Shown here in pieces: positions 38,266-47,173 of a stretch of DNA of 64,000 nt (position 1 is the stretch's first letter; the number at the start of each line of letters is the position of its first letter). The translations under genes were made by a program, and so were the position numbers. The notes beneath the pieces were generated by a model, which searched no databases, was not told where the DNA came from, and saw only the letters and a list, made by a program, of their open reading frames with translations. Origin of the DNA: Candidatus Lustribacter sp. Lineage in GTDB: Bacteria > Vulcanimicrobiota > Vulcanimicrobiia > Vulcanimicrobiales > Vulcanimicrobiaceae. The stretch covers positions 3,520,001-3,584,000 of the forward strand of contig OZ255842.1 of NCBI GenBank assembly GCA_965277805.1, read 5' to 3'.

Positions 38266-39228
38266 TTAGCCGCTCGCGGCCCGGACGACGTTTGAGAGTG
38301 TGCCTACGCCTTCGACCGTGATGTCCACGACGTCGCCGGGTCGCAAGAAGACTTGCGGCGTGCGGCCGAAGCCGGTGCCGGCCGGCGAGCCGGTCGTCAA
38401 CACGTCGCCCGGCTCGAAGGGATACCAGCGCGAAAAAAACGCGATCAGCGCCGGGACGGTGAAGATCAAATCGGAGGTGTGCGCCGATTGCATCAGCTGC
38501 CCGTTCAGCGTCGACGAAACCGAGATGTTGTGCGGATCGGGGATCTCGTCTTTGGTGGCGATGACGGGGCCCATCGGGCAAAACGTGGGCAACTGCTTGC
38601 CCATGCGGTTCATGTCGCGATCGCCCGGCCATTCGGACTTGCGCGATACCAGCACCCAATCGCGCGCCGACACGTCGTTGACAATCGTGTAGCCCATGAT
38701 GTAATCCATCGCTTCGGCCTCGGTGACGTTGCAGCACGGCTTGCCGAACACGACCGAGAACTCCGCTTCGAAGTCGACCATGTCGGGACACTGCGGCGGC
38801 AAGATGATGGGGTCGTCCGTGCCGATGATCGAGCCCGTGTTCTTGATGAAGGCCACCGGCGTATCGCCGGTCGGGGCAACTTCTCCGCGCCGCATCTCGC
38901 CGCGATGGCTTGCGTATGCGCGTCCGTGCGAGAGGACCATGTTCGGCCGCGGGATGGGCGCAAGCAACCGGACAGCGGAACGCGGCCGCAACGCTTGCGA
39001 CGCGCGCAGGGCCGCGAGTTCGGATTCGCTTGCATCGCGCACGCGGTCCACGATGCTGCGCACGAGCTCGAGCGCCGGCTCGCCCGCGACGAGCAGTTCG
39101 CGCATATCGGTAGGCACCCAGTCCGCCATCGGAATACGCGCGCCGGCAGCCGCAAACTCAAGAACCTCATCTCCGATGAGCGCGCCCGTTTTTCCGGACG
39201 GCGGCGCGTATATGCTGACGAGCTTCAT
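38266..39228 (-). CDS. Fumarylacetoacetate hydrolase family protein
   Basis: DFEAE, NDVSARD, TTGSPAG. Confidence 0.9.
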   Translation of the reverse strand: MKLVSIYAPPSGKTGALIGDEVLEFAAAGARIPMADWVPTDMRELLVAGEPALELVRSIVDRVRDASESELAALRASQALRPRSAVRLLAPIPRPNMVLSHGRAYASHRGEMRRGEVAPTGDTPVAFIKNTGSIIGTDDPIILPPQCPDMVDFEAEFSVVFGKPCCNVTEAEAMDYIMGYTIVNDVSARDWVLVSRKSEWPGDRDMNRMGKQLPTFCPMGPVIATKDEIPDPHNISVSSTLNGQLMQSAHTSDLIFTVPALIAFFSRWYPFEPGDVLTTGSPAGTGFGRTPQVFLRPGDVVDITVEGVGTLSNVVRAASG

Positions 39229-39328
39229 ATCCGCGGCCGGTTTTCTGCGCAATGGTTTTCCGCCTCCAATGAAGCCCGCCGGAAGCGGATGCCAGGAAAG
39301 GGCGGCTTTCCCGACGAGTCAAGCCAAC

Positions 39329-40258
39329 ATGCGTAACGCCTTTATTGCGATTCTCAGCCTCATGTTGCTCGCGGGTAACGTTGCGCCGGCCCGGGCGCAG
39401 ATCGCCAAGGTTAGCATTCTGCTGCCGCCGGTCGACTCGGCGGGGGAGATCTACTTTGCTCAAGACCTCGGCTTCTTTGCGAAGGAAGGCCTCGACGTCG
39501 AGATGGAGCCCGGCTCGAACGGTAGCGCAATCGCTGCGGCCGTCTCGAGCGACGCGGTCGACATCGGCTACTCCGACCTCGTGACGCTTGCCAAAGGGTA
39601 TCTTAAGGGCATTCCGTTCGTCGCTATCGCGCCGGCGGCGATCTGGACATCGGCGGCACCTACGGCCGCGATCGTCGTTCCGATGAACTCGCCGGTAAAG
39701 AGCGCGAAAGACCTCGCCGGTAAAGTCATCGCGATTCCGGGCTTGGCAACGCTCGCCGAATACAGCCCGCGCGCGTGGATCGATCAGAACGGCGGCGACT
39801 CGACGACGGCCAAATTCACCGAGTTGAATTACTCGGCGATGCCCGCAGCGCTCGATGCGGGCCGCATCGATGCCGCCTATATTTCGGAACCGTACCTCGC
39901 GGTCGTCAAGAAGACGACGCGCATTATCGGCTACTCACACAACGCCGTTGCGAAACAGTTTCTACAGAGCGCTTGGTTTACCACGCCGCAGTGGGCGAAG
40001 GATCATGCCGACATCGTACGCCGCTTTGCAGCCGCGATGCGCGAGACGGCGATTTGGGCCAACCAAAAATCGAATCAAGAGAAAAGCGCTGAGATCCTCT
40101 CCAAATATACGAAGGTCGACTTAGGCACGATTCAAGCGATGGAGCGTGTGCGCTTCGGAGAAACGCTGTCGGCGGCGCTGATCCAACCGGCCATCGACGT
40201 TACCGGGAAATATGGAAACTTCCAGCCGTTTCCGGCCGACCGTCTCATCTTCCACTAG
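39329..40258 (+). CDS. ABC substrate-binding protein (SsuA/THI5-like)
   Basis: YFAQDLGFFAKEGLDV, DAAYISEPY; signal peptide. Confidence 0.85.
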   Translation: MRNAFIAILSLMLLAGNVAPARAQIAKVSILLPPVDSAGEIYFAQDLGFFAKEGLDVEMEPGSNGSAIAAAVSSDAVDIGYSDLVTLAKGYLKGIPFVAIAPAAIWTSAAPTAAIVVPMNSPVKSAKDLAGKVIAIPGLATLAEYSPRAWIDQNGGDSTTAKFTELNYSAMPAALDAGRIDAAYISEPYLAVVKKTTRIIGYSHNAVAKQFLQSAWFTTPQWAKDHADIVRRFAAAMRETAIWANQKSNQEKSAEILSKYTKVDLGTIQAMERVRFGETLSAALIQPAIDVTGKYGNFQPFPADRLIFH

Positions 40259-40281
40259 ATCACGCTGCGAGGGAGTTTCGC

Positions 40282-41247
40282 ATGAAGCATGTATCTCGTC
40301 GCGCCTTTACCGGCGCGCTCATCGGCACCGGCGCCGCGCTCGCGCTGCCGAAGCGAGCCGCCGCGCAAACGCTGGTGCCGGTGAAGGGCGCGATCACGTC
40401 GGTCTACTACGATGCGACTCCAATTCTTTGGGCGCAGAAAACCGGCATGTTCTCGAAAGCCGGGATCGATCTCGATCTCGGCCGCCTGCCTACCGGTGCT
40501 GCGGTGACCGCCGCGGTTGCCGGCGGCAGCCTCAACATCGGCAAGTCGACGTTCTTTGCGGTCGTCGCCGCGTTTGCGCACGGCGTGCCGATCGTCGTGA
40601 TTGCTCCGGGCGTCGTGTACGACAGCAAGTTCCCCAACGGCGCGCTCATCGTGCCCAAGGACTCACCGATCCAGAAGGCGGCCGACCTCACGGGCAAAGT
40701 CATCTCCGTCAACAACCTGAGCGAACCGACGCGCCCGGCAACCGAACTCTGGCTGCAAAAGAACAACGTCGCCAAAGATGTGGTGAAGTTCGTCGAGGTG
40801 CCGATGTCCGCGATGTCGGCGGCGCTCGACGCTAAACGGGTCGACATCGCGTTTCTCACCGTGCCGGTGATGGATGAAGTGCTGGCCACCGGCAAGTACC
40901 GGATTCTCGATCCCGTCTTGAACGAGATCGCGCCGCGCTGGTGGTTCTCCGCGATCATCGCTTCAAAAGATTGGGCCGTTGCGAACCGCGATGCGGTCAA
41001 GAAAGTCGCGAGCGTCATCGAGGCATCGGCCGCGTACACCAACGCGCATCACGGCGAACTCTCGGCGCAGATCGCCGAAATGGTGGGCGCAACGCCATCG
41101 TCCATCGCGAACATGACGTGGCCGCAAGGCGGCACCGCGATCAACCCCGCGGAGATGCAGCCGGTCATCGATCTCTCGGTCAGGGCGGGCTTTATTCCCA
41201 AGGGCTTCGATGCGCGCGACATGATCTTCGATCCGAGCAAAGGCTGA
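40282..41247 (+). CDS. ABC substrate-binding protein (SsuA/THI5-like) with Tat signal
   Basis: SRRAF; FVEVPMSAMSAALDAKRVD. Confidence 0.85.
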   Translation: MKHVSRRAFTGALIGTGAALALPKRAAAQTLVPVKGAITSVYYDATPILWAQKTGMFSKAGIDLDLGRLPTGAAVTAAVAGGSLNIGKSTFFAVVAAFAHGVPIVVIAPGVVYDSKFPNGALIVPKDSPIQKAADLTGKVISVNNLSEPTRPATELWLQKNNVAKDVVKFVEVPMSAMSAALDAKRVDIAFLTVPVMDEVLATGKYRILDPVLNEIAPRWWFSAIIASKDWAVANRDAVKKVASVIEASAAYTNAHHGELSAQIAEMVGATPSSIANMTWPQGGTAINPAEMQPVIDLSVRAGFIPKGFDARDMIFDPSKG

Positions 41248-41250
41248 CCG

Positions 41251-42381
41251 ATGCCGCGGATGGGGATGACTACGGGGAACAAGCTCAAGCTTGGTCTGTT
41301 CGGTGCGAACTGCTCGGGCGGACGGGCGCTGACGCGCGTGCCCGAACGCTGGAAGGCTGACTGGGACGAAATCGCCGAGATGGGGCAGATGGCCGATGAC
41401 TGCGGCATCGATTTTCTCTTGCCGATCGCGCGCTGGAAAGGCTACGGCGGCGAGACGGATTGGCAAGGCACGAGCTTCGAGACGATCACGTGGGCAACGG
41501 GCCTGCTCGCGTTGACGAAACAGATCACCGTCTTCGGCACCGTGCACGTGCCGCTGTTCCATCCGATCAGCGCGGCGAAACAAATGGTGACCGCCGATCA
41601 CGTCGGTCACGGCCGGTTCGGTCTCAACATCGTCGCCGGCTGGAATACGGAAGAGTTCGACATGTTCGGCGTCGACCGCAAAGACCGGCCCGAACGCTAC
41701 GAAGAAGCGCAAGAGTGGATCGACGCGGTATCGCGGATTTGGAGCGAAGACGACTTCACCTTCAACGGCAAAGTCTTTCAGCTACGCGACGTGCGCGTGA
41801 AGCCGAAACCGTACGGCGGCACGCGTCCCGTCATCATGAACGCCGGCGCATCGGGCGACGGCCAAGCGTTTGCGATCCGCAACTGTGATGCGTACTTCAC
41901 CGGCGTGCGCATGTCGTCGTTCGACGAAGCTACCGGTGTGATGACGCCGGCGGTCGATCAAGCCCGCGCGCACGTCGATGAAGTGCGCAAAAAGGCCGCG
42001 GCGATCGGTCGCGAGATCGGCGTATTCACGCGCGCCGACATCACCTGTCTCCCGACGCAGAAAGAAGCCGCGGAGTACTACCACTACTGGGTGGAAGAGA
42101 TGGCCGACTGGGATGCCGTCGACCATCAGATGCAGATCAGCGATCGCACGCCGATCAAGGCCGGTATGCCCGGTTTCCTCGAAGCGCGCAAGCAGCACAT
42201 CCATGGTTTCCCGCTCGTCGGCGATCCCGACCGCGTCGCCTCGATGCTGGCGACGCTGAGCGAAGCCGGTTTCGACGGCGTCGGCCTTTCGTTCGTGAAC
42301 TACCTCAACGAGTTGCCCTTCTTCCGCGACGAAGTGCTCCCGCGGCTCGAACGGAAGGGCCTCCGCACTTCGGCGCGCTAG
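41251..42381 (+). CDS. LLM-class flavin-dependent monooxygenase
   Basis: LPIARWKGYGG, GRFGLNIVAGW, MNAGASG. Confidence 0.88.
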   Translation: MPRMGMTTGNKLKLGLFGANCSGGRALTRVPERWKADWDEIAEMGQMADDCGIDFLLPIARWKGYGGETDWQGTSFETITWATGLLALTKQITVFGTVHVPLFHPISAAKQMVTADHVGHGRFGLNIVAGWNTEEFDMFGVDRKDRPERYEEAQEWIDAVSRIWSEDDFTFNGKVFQLRDVRVKPKPYGGTRPVIMNAGASGDGQAFAIRNCDAYFTGVRMSSFDEATGVMTPAVDQARAHVDEVRKKAAAIGREIGVFTRADITCLPTQKEAAEYYHYWVEEMADWDAVDHQMQISDRTPIKAGMPGFLEARKQHIHGFPLVGDPDRVASMLATLSEAGFDGVGLSFVNYLNELPFFRDEVLPRLERKGLRTSAR

Positions 42382-42407
42382 GGTAGCAGCATAGCGAGGA
42401 GGTCGTC

Positions 42408-43592
42408 ATGATGATGCCCCTACCGGCCCGCGTTCGAGCGCTCGCGGCAGCGCTCTTGACCGCGACCCTTCTGTGCCCGGTGCCCGCACGCTGCGAGGAC
42501 CCGTTCACGATCAATGCGATCTACTCCATGACGGGGTACGCCGCATTTATCGGGCAGGGCAGCGCGGTGGCGCTGCGCGTCGTGGAAGACGAGGTGAACC
42601 GGACAGGCGGCATCCAAGGCCGGCCCGTTCACTTCGAGATCGTCGACGATCAGTCGAATCCGGCGACGGCGCTTACCCTCGCCAATCAAATCATTGCAAA
42701 GGGCGCTGCGGTCATTTTGGGCCCGGTGCTGACCAGCAACTGCGAAGCCGTCTTCCCGCAAATCATCCAGAACGGACCGGTGGATTATTGCGGATCGCCG
42801 TCGGTTTTCCCGAAAGCGGGCACGTACGCATTCGGCCTTGGTCCGTCATTTCGCGACTTGAGTGTCGCGATGGTGCGCTATCTGCGCGCGAAGGGCTGGA
42901 AGCGCGTGGCGATCCTCGCGACCACCGATGCCTCGGGACAGGTAGCGGAACGCGAGGGCCAGAGTGCGCTAGAATTGCCGGAAAATAAGGGTATGACGCT
43001 CGTCGCGACCGAGCACTTCGCTGTTGCCGACGTCGGCATCGGCGCGCAAGTCGCGCGCATTCGAAGCGCAAACCCCGACGCAATCCTGGCCGAAGTCACG
43101 GGAACCCCGCTTGGAACCGTGCTTCACGGCTTGCACGATGCCGGTATCGACATCCCGGTCATCACGAACGCCGGCAACATCAACCCGAACCAAATCGCGA
43201 GCTACGCTTCGTTCTTGCCGGCGACCATGCTCTTTTCAGGCTTTGGTTTCATGGCTCCCAATCTACAGGGCGATCAACGCGTCCGTGCGCTGCAGCAGCA
43301 GTTTGTTGCCGACGTAACAGCGCTCAAGGCGGAGCCGGCGGGACCAACTGCATCGACGTACGATCCGGCTCGCGTGGTCGTCGATGCGTTTCGCAAGCTC
43401 GGCACGAAGGCGACGGCTGCCCAGATCAAAGACTATATCGAACACGTCAAAGGCTATCCCTCGATCAACGGGCTGATGGATTTTACCAACGGCAATCAGC
43501 GCGGCATGGACGAACGGGGCGTGGTGATCGTGCAGTGGGATGGTTCGAAGCGCGCGTTCACGCCGGTCAGCAAATACGGCGGAGCACCGTAA
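42408..43592 (+). CDS. ABC substrate-binding protein (Leu/Ile/Val-binding family)
   Basis: NRTGGIQGRPV..VDDQSNP; signal peptide. Confidence 0.85.
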   Translation: MMMPLPARVRALAAALLTATLLCPVPARCEDPFTINAIYSMTGYAAFIGQGSAVALRVVEDEVNRTGGIQGRPVHFEIVDDQSNPATALTLANQIIAKGAAVILGPVLTSNCEAVFPQIIQNGPVDYCGSPSVFPKAGTYAFGLGPSFRDLSVAMVRYLRAKGWKRVAILATTDASGQVAEREGQSALELPENKGMTLVATEHFAVADVGIGAQVARIRSANPDAILAEVTGTPLGTVLHGLHDAGIDIPVITNAGNINPNQIASYASFLPATMLFSGFGFMAPNLQGDQRVRALQQQFVADVTALKAEPAGPTASTYDPARVVVDAFRKLGTKATAAQIKDYIEHVKGYPSINGLMDFTNGNQRGMDERGVVIVQWDGSKRAFTPVSKYGGAP

Positions 43593-43603
43593 CGCGGTAG
43601 TGC

Positions 43604-44530
43604 CTACGGTTCGATCAGAATCTTGGCGTGATCGGGACGTTTGCTCGATTCCCACGCCTGCGTCACGTCGTTGAGAGACCGAACGTCGACCGTGGCCCGG
43701 AGCGTTCCACGCGCGATGTTCTCGAGAATCTTCCGATAGGTTTGTTTGCGGACGTCCGGCGGTGCGGAGAAATTCGCATAGCCGGCGATCGTCAGCGACT
43801 TCGGCACGAGCGTCGCGGGAACGGTAAAGCCTTCGCCGCTCGCGCGGCCGATTTGCACGAACCGCGCGCCGGGTCGCGCCGCGTTGAGTGCGCACTGGGC
43901 GATGGTTCCGGAGACCGGATCGAAGATCACGTTCGGACCGCCGTTCGTGGCATCGGCGAAGGCTTCGGTCAGGCGATCTTTTTCGTCCGCCACGTTGACG
44001 ACGGCATCGGCGCCGGCGACCCGCGCCCGCTCGAGACCGGCAGCGCTTCGTCCGGCCGCGACAACGCGTTTGGCGCCGAGAATCTTCGCGATCTGCACCG
44101 CCGTTGACCCGACGAGTCCGGTCGCACCCAGGATCAGAACGGTATCGCCAGGTTGCAGTTTAGCCGTCCACTCGAGCGCCATCCACGCCGTAATTCCGGT
44201 ACTGCCGCCGAGGCCGGCAGCTTGCCGCGCGTCGATCGCCGCGGGAATCTCGACGACGAAGTCGCTCTCGGCGAGCGCGATCCGTTCGGCACAGGCACCA
44301 CCCTTCATCGGCGTCACCTCAAAGTACGCGCGCGTCCCGCCGATCTCGGCCACGCCTTCCTTGCCGGTGACGAACGGCAGCGCGATCTTGCCCCACGCGC
44401 CGCTCGCAACAACGTGATCGACCGGCGTGATCGCCGCGACGAGCACGTTGCCGATGCGTCCGCCCGACGGTTCGGGAACGTCGGTAAGCGCGGGCGCGCG
44501 ACCCAGTTCGCTGATGACGCCGGCGCGCAT
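43604..44530 (-). CDS. MDR-family quinone oxidoreductase-like protein
   Basis: LILGATGLVGSTAVQIAKILGA. Confidence 0.85.
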   Translation of the reverse strand: MRAGVISELGRAPALTDVPEPSGGRIGNVLVAAITPVDHVVASGAWGKIALPFVTGKEGVAEIGGTRAYFEVTPMKGGACAERIALAESDFVVEIPAAIDARQAAGLGGSTGITAWMALEWTAKLQPGDTVLILGATGLVGSTAVQIAKILGAKRVVAAGRSAAGLERARVAGADAVVNVADEKDRLTEAFADATNGGPNVIFDPVSGTIAQCALNAARPGARFVQIGRASGEGFTVPATLVPKSLTIAGYANFSAPPDVRKQTYRKILENIARGTLRATVDVRSLNDVTQAWESSKRPDHAKILIEP

Positions 44531-45108
44531 CAGGCGTTCCTCGCGGGCGCTTCGAATGTCTTGACCACCTCGTACATTGCCGACGACGTGCGCGGCTTGA
44601 CGCGGGCGAAGTGCGCTTGCGAACTCGGCTTCGCGGCCATCGCCGACAGCGCGGCCTGATCGCGCCACTGAATGTATTCGGCTAAGCGCGTGCCGTCCAG
44701 CGAGCGATGAATCGTGCACGAGATGAAACCGTCGTTGACGCTATGTTCCTGCGCGATGCCGATCAGGTAGCTCACGAGTTCGTCTTGCTCGTGGGGCTCG
44801 CACGTGAACACGACGATGAGCGTCAGCGGCGAACTGCCCGCGACGATGAACGGTTCGTCGCCGGCGCGTTCGACGTGAGCAACGGTGTAGATCGTGCCCG
44901 AGACATCGGCTGGGTTGCGCCACTGGGCGTAGTTCGCCACGCGCGTGCCGTCCTTACTGCGGTGCAGGTTGGCCGAAACGAAACCGGGCCGTCGCATCGC
45001 CGTCGTGGCCTCTTCACTGAGCTGTGCAAGAAGCGCGTCAGCTCCGCCCGGCTCGACCGCAAGCACGTCGATCACAACCGCACCGGCGACGTCTTTGGAG
45101 ATGATCAT
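44530..45108 (-). CDS. Tandem ABM (antibiotic biosynthesis monooxygenase) domain protein
   Basis: Two copies of GFxSxxxHRSxDGTRxAxYxQW. Confidence 0.8.
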   Translation of the reverse strand: MIISKDVAGAVVIDVLAVEPGGADALLAQLSEEATTAMRRPGFVSANLHRSKDGTRVANYAQWRNPADVSGTIYTVAHVERAGDEPFIVAGSSPLTLIVVFTCEPHEQDELVSYLIGIAQEHSVNDGFISCTIHRSLDGTRLAEYIQWRDQAALSAMAAKPSSQAHFARVKPRTSSAMYEVVKTFEAPARNA

Positions 45109-45188
45109 CGGCCCAGCCAATGGGCGCGGGACGCTTCGTCGGGCGTTCCGAATTGTAGGGGCATGAAAAACTCCTCAGGACGGATCGC

Positions 45189-46160
45189 ATGACGCGGCGG
45201 GCGGGCGTGGTCGGGGTGCATTCCCTGGATCACTTCAGCTTGGTCGTTCCCGACCTCGATGAGGCGGCGACATTCTACCAGCGCTTTGGACTCGACATGA
45301 GGCCGGCCGGCGACACGCTCGAGATGTACACCACCGGGAATCCGCATCGCTGGGGACGTTATCATGCCGGGCCTTCGAAAGTGCTCGACTATCTTTCGTT
45401 CGGCATATATGCAGACGACGTGCCGGCGTTTCGCAAGCGGCTCGCCGAGCGCAACGTGGCCATCGCGGCCGCGCCGCCGCACGCGCTCGATGACTCCGGA
45501 ATGTGGTTTCGCGACGATGACGGAAACCTGATCGAGCTGCGCGTCGCAGAGAAGAGCTCGCCCGACAGCAAGGCGAGCGCCTCCAATCCGAGTACGCCCG
45601 AGGGCGTCGTTGCGATGCCGCTGCGTGCCGATGCGCCGTTCGTGCGGCCGCGACGGCTCTCGCACATCTTGATCTTCTCGACCGACGTGCCGCGGTCGGT
45701 GGATTTCTACTCGGCCATCGTGGGCCTGGAACTCTCGGATGCGGCCGCGGACGTCATCGCCTTCATGCACGGCGTTCATGGCAGCGATCACCACCTCGTC
45801 GCTTTCGCGAAATCCGATTATCGCGGCTTCCATCACTGCAGTTGGGACGTGGGTTCGGTCAACGACGTCGGCCTCGGCGCGATGCAGATGGCCGATGCCG
45901 GTCACGTTCGCGGCTGGGGATTCGGACGGCATGTGCTGGGCTCCAACTACTTTCACTACATTCGCGATCCGTGGGGCAGCTATTGCGAATACTCCCACGA
46001 CATCGATTACGTACCGGCGAACGGCAACTGGGAAGCGCGTCGCGTAAGTCCGGAAAACGGCTTTTATCTCTGGGGTCCGGTACCGCCCGAGGACTTTGCC
46101 TTCAACTACGAGTCGCCGGCCGCGAGCTTGACGAAGGATCTGCTCTCAAGCACCACGTGA
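45189..46160 (+). CDS. VOC-family extradiol dioxygenase (catechol 2,3-dioxygenase-like)
   Basis: SDHHLVAF, HHCSW, GRHVLGSNYFHY, CEY. Confidence 0.85.
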   Translation: MTRRAGVVGVHSLDHFSLVVPDLDEAATFYQRFGLDMRPAGDTLEMYTTGNPHRWGRYHAGPSKVLDYLSFGIYADDVPAFRKRLAERNVAIAAAPPHALDDSGMWFRDDDGNLIELRVAEKSSPDSKASASNPSTPEGVVAMPLRADAPFVRPRRLSHILIFSTDVPRSVDFYSAIVGLELSDAAADVIAFMHGVHGSDHHLVAFAKSDYRGFHHCSWDVGSVNDVGLGAMQMADAGHVRGWGFGRHVLGSNYFHYIRDPWGSYCEYSHDIDYVPANGNWEARRVSPENGFYLWGPVPPEDFAFNYESPAASLTKDLLSSTT

Positions 46161-46165
46161 CTCGT

Positions 46166-46642
46166 TCACACGCGAACGTACTCGACTCGCCCCGGTAGAC
46201 TTCGGCGCTGCACGCCGGCCGGCACCCCGATGCGGGCCGGCCCGGGACCGGCGAGTTCGTCCTTGCAATAGGCGACGCGCCGCTCTAAGAGCGCACGTTG
46301 TGCCATCAGCTTGCGGAGTTCGGTGTCGATGAAGGCGATGTGGCGCTCGTAGACGGTACACGCGGGAATCATCGTGCTGCGCGCTTGATCGGGATCCGGT
46401 TCGCGCTCGAGGGGCGTGACCGACGCGAAGATCTCCCCGACTTCCGAGAGCGAGAGACCGAGCGAAAGCGCCGCGCCGAAGACACGGATCGGATGCTGCA
46501 GGCTCGCGTCGTAATAGCGGTAGCCGTTCGAGCTGCGATACAGCGGCTTGATCAGCCCGCGCCGTTCGTACACGCGCAGCGTACATACGGTGACGCCGCT
46601 CAGTTCTGCGAGTTTTCCGATGAGCACGGTTTGGTCGTCCAT
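46166..46642 (-). CDS. MerR-family transcriptional regulator
   Basis: IGKLAELSGVTVCTLRVYERRGLI..NGYRYY. Confidence 0.85.
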   Translation of the reverse strand: MDDQTVLIGKLAELSGVTVCTLRVYERRGLIKPLYRSSNGYRYYDASLQHPIRVFGAALSLGLSLSEVGEIFASVTPLEREPDPDQARSTMIPACTVYERHIAFIDTELRKLMAQRALLERRVAYCKDELAGPGPARIGVPAGVQRRSLPGRVEYVRV

Positions 46643-46723
46643 CTGAACTCCTCGATGATGTCTCGGCTGCATGGTGGCAGAACGACAAGGTGCTGTCAAC
46701 ATCGATTCGCAAGGAACACCCTC

Positions 46724-47173
46724 GTGGCGAACCATACCGCAGCGGCGAAAGCATTCACCCAACTCGTGCTGGCGGTATTTCGCTTGAACAGCGCGCTGGT
46801 TGCGTCGGGCGACCGGATGACCAAAGATCTGCAACTCACGAGCGCCCGTTGGCAGATCATGGGCGCACTTGCGCAGGAGCCGCTTACGGCCTCGCAGATC
46901 GCGCGCAACATGGGCCTCTATCGCCAGACGGTGCAGCCGCTCGTCGACGCGCTCGCCGCCGACAAGCTGCTCGAATTCATCCCGAATCCGAACCACCGCC
47001 GGGCGCGCCTCATTCGCATGACGCCGAGCGGCCGCGCCGCCTACGAGGAAGCCTTAGCGCGCCAGATCACGTGGTCGAACGAGATCTCGCGCCGCCTCTC
47101 CGTCGAGAGCTTTGACGCCGCGACGGAACTGGCGCGCGAGCTCACAAAGCGGCTCGACGACCGCGCTACCTGA
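46724..47173 (+). CDS. MarR-family transcriptional regulator
   Basis: LTSARWQIMG, QIARNMGLYRQTVQ, NPNHRRARL. Confidence 0.85.
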   Translation: MANHTAAAKAFTQLVLAVFRLNSALVASGDRMTKDLQLTSARWQIMGALAQEPLTASQIARNMGLYRQTVQPLVDALAADKLLEFIPNPNHRRARLIRMTPSGRAAYEEALARQITWSNEISRRLSVESFDAATELARELTKRLDDRAT

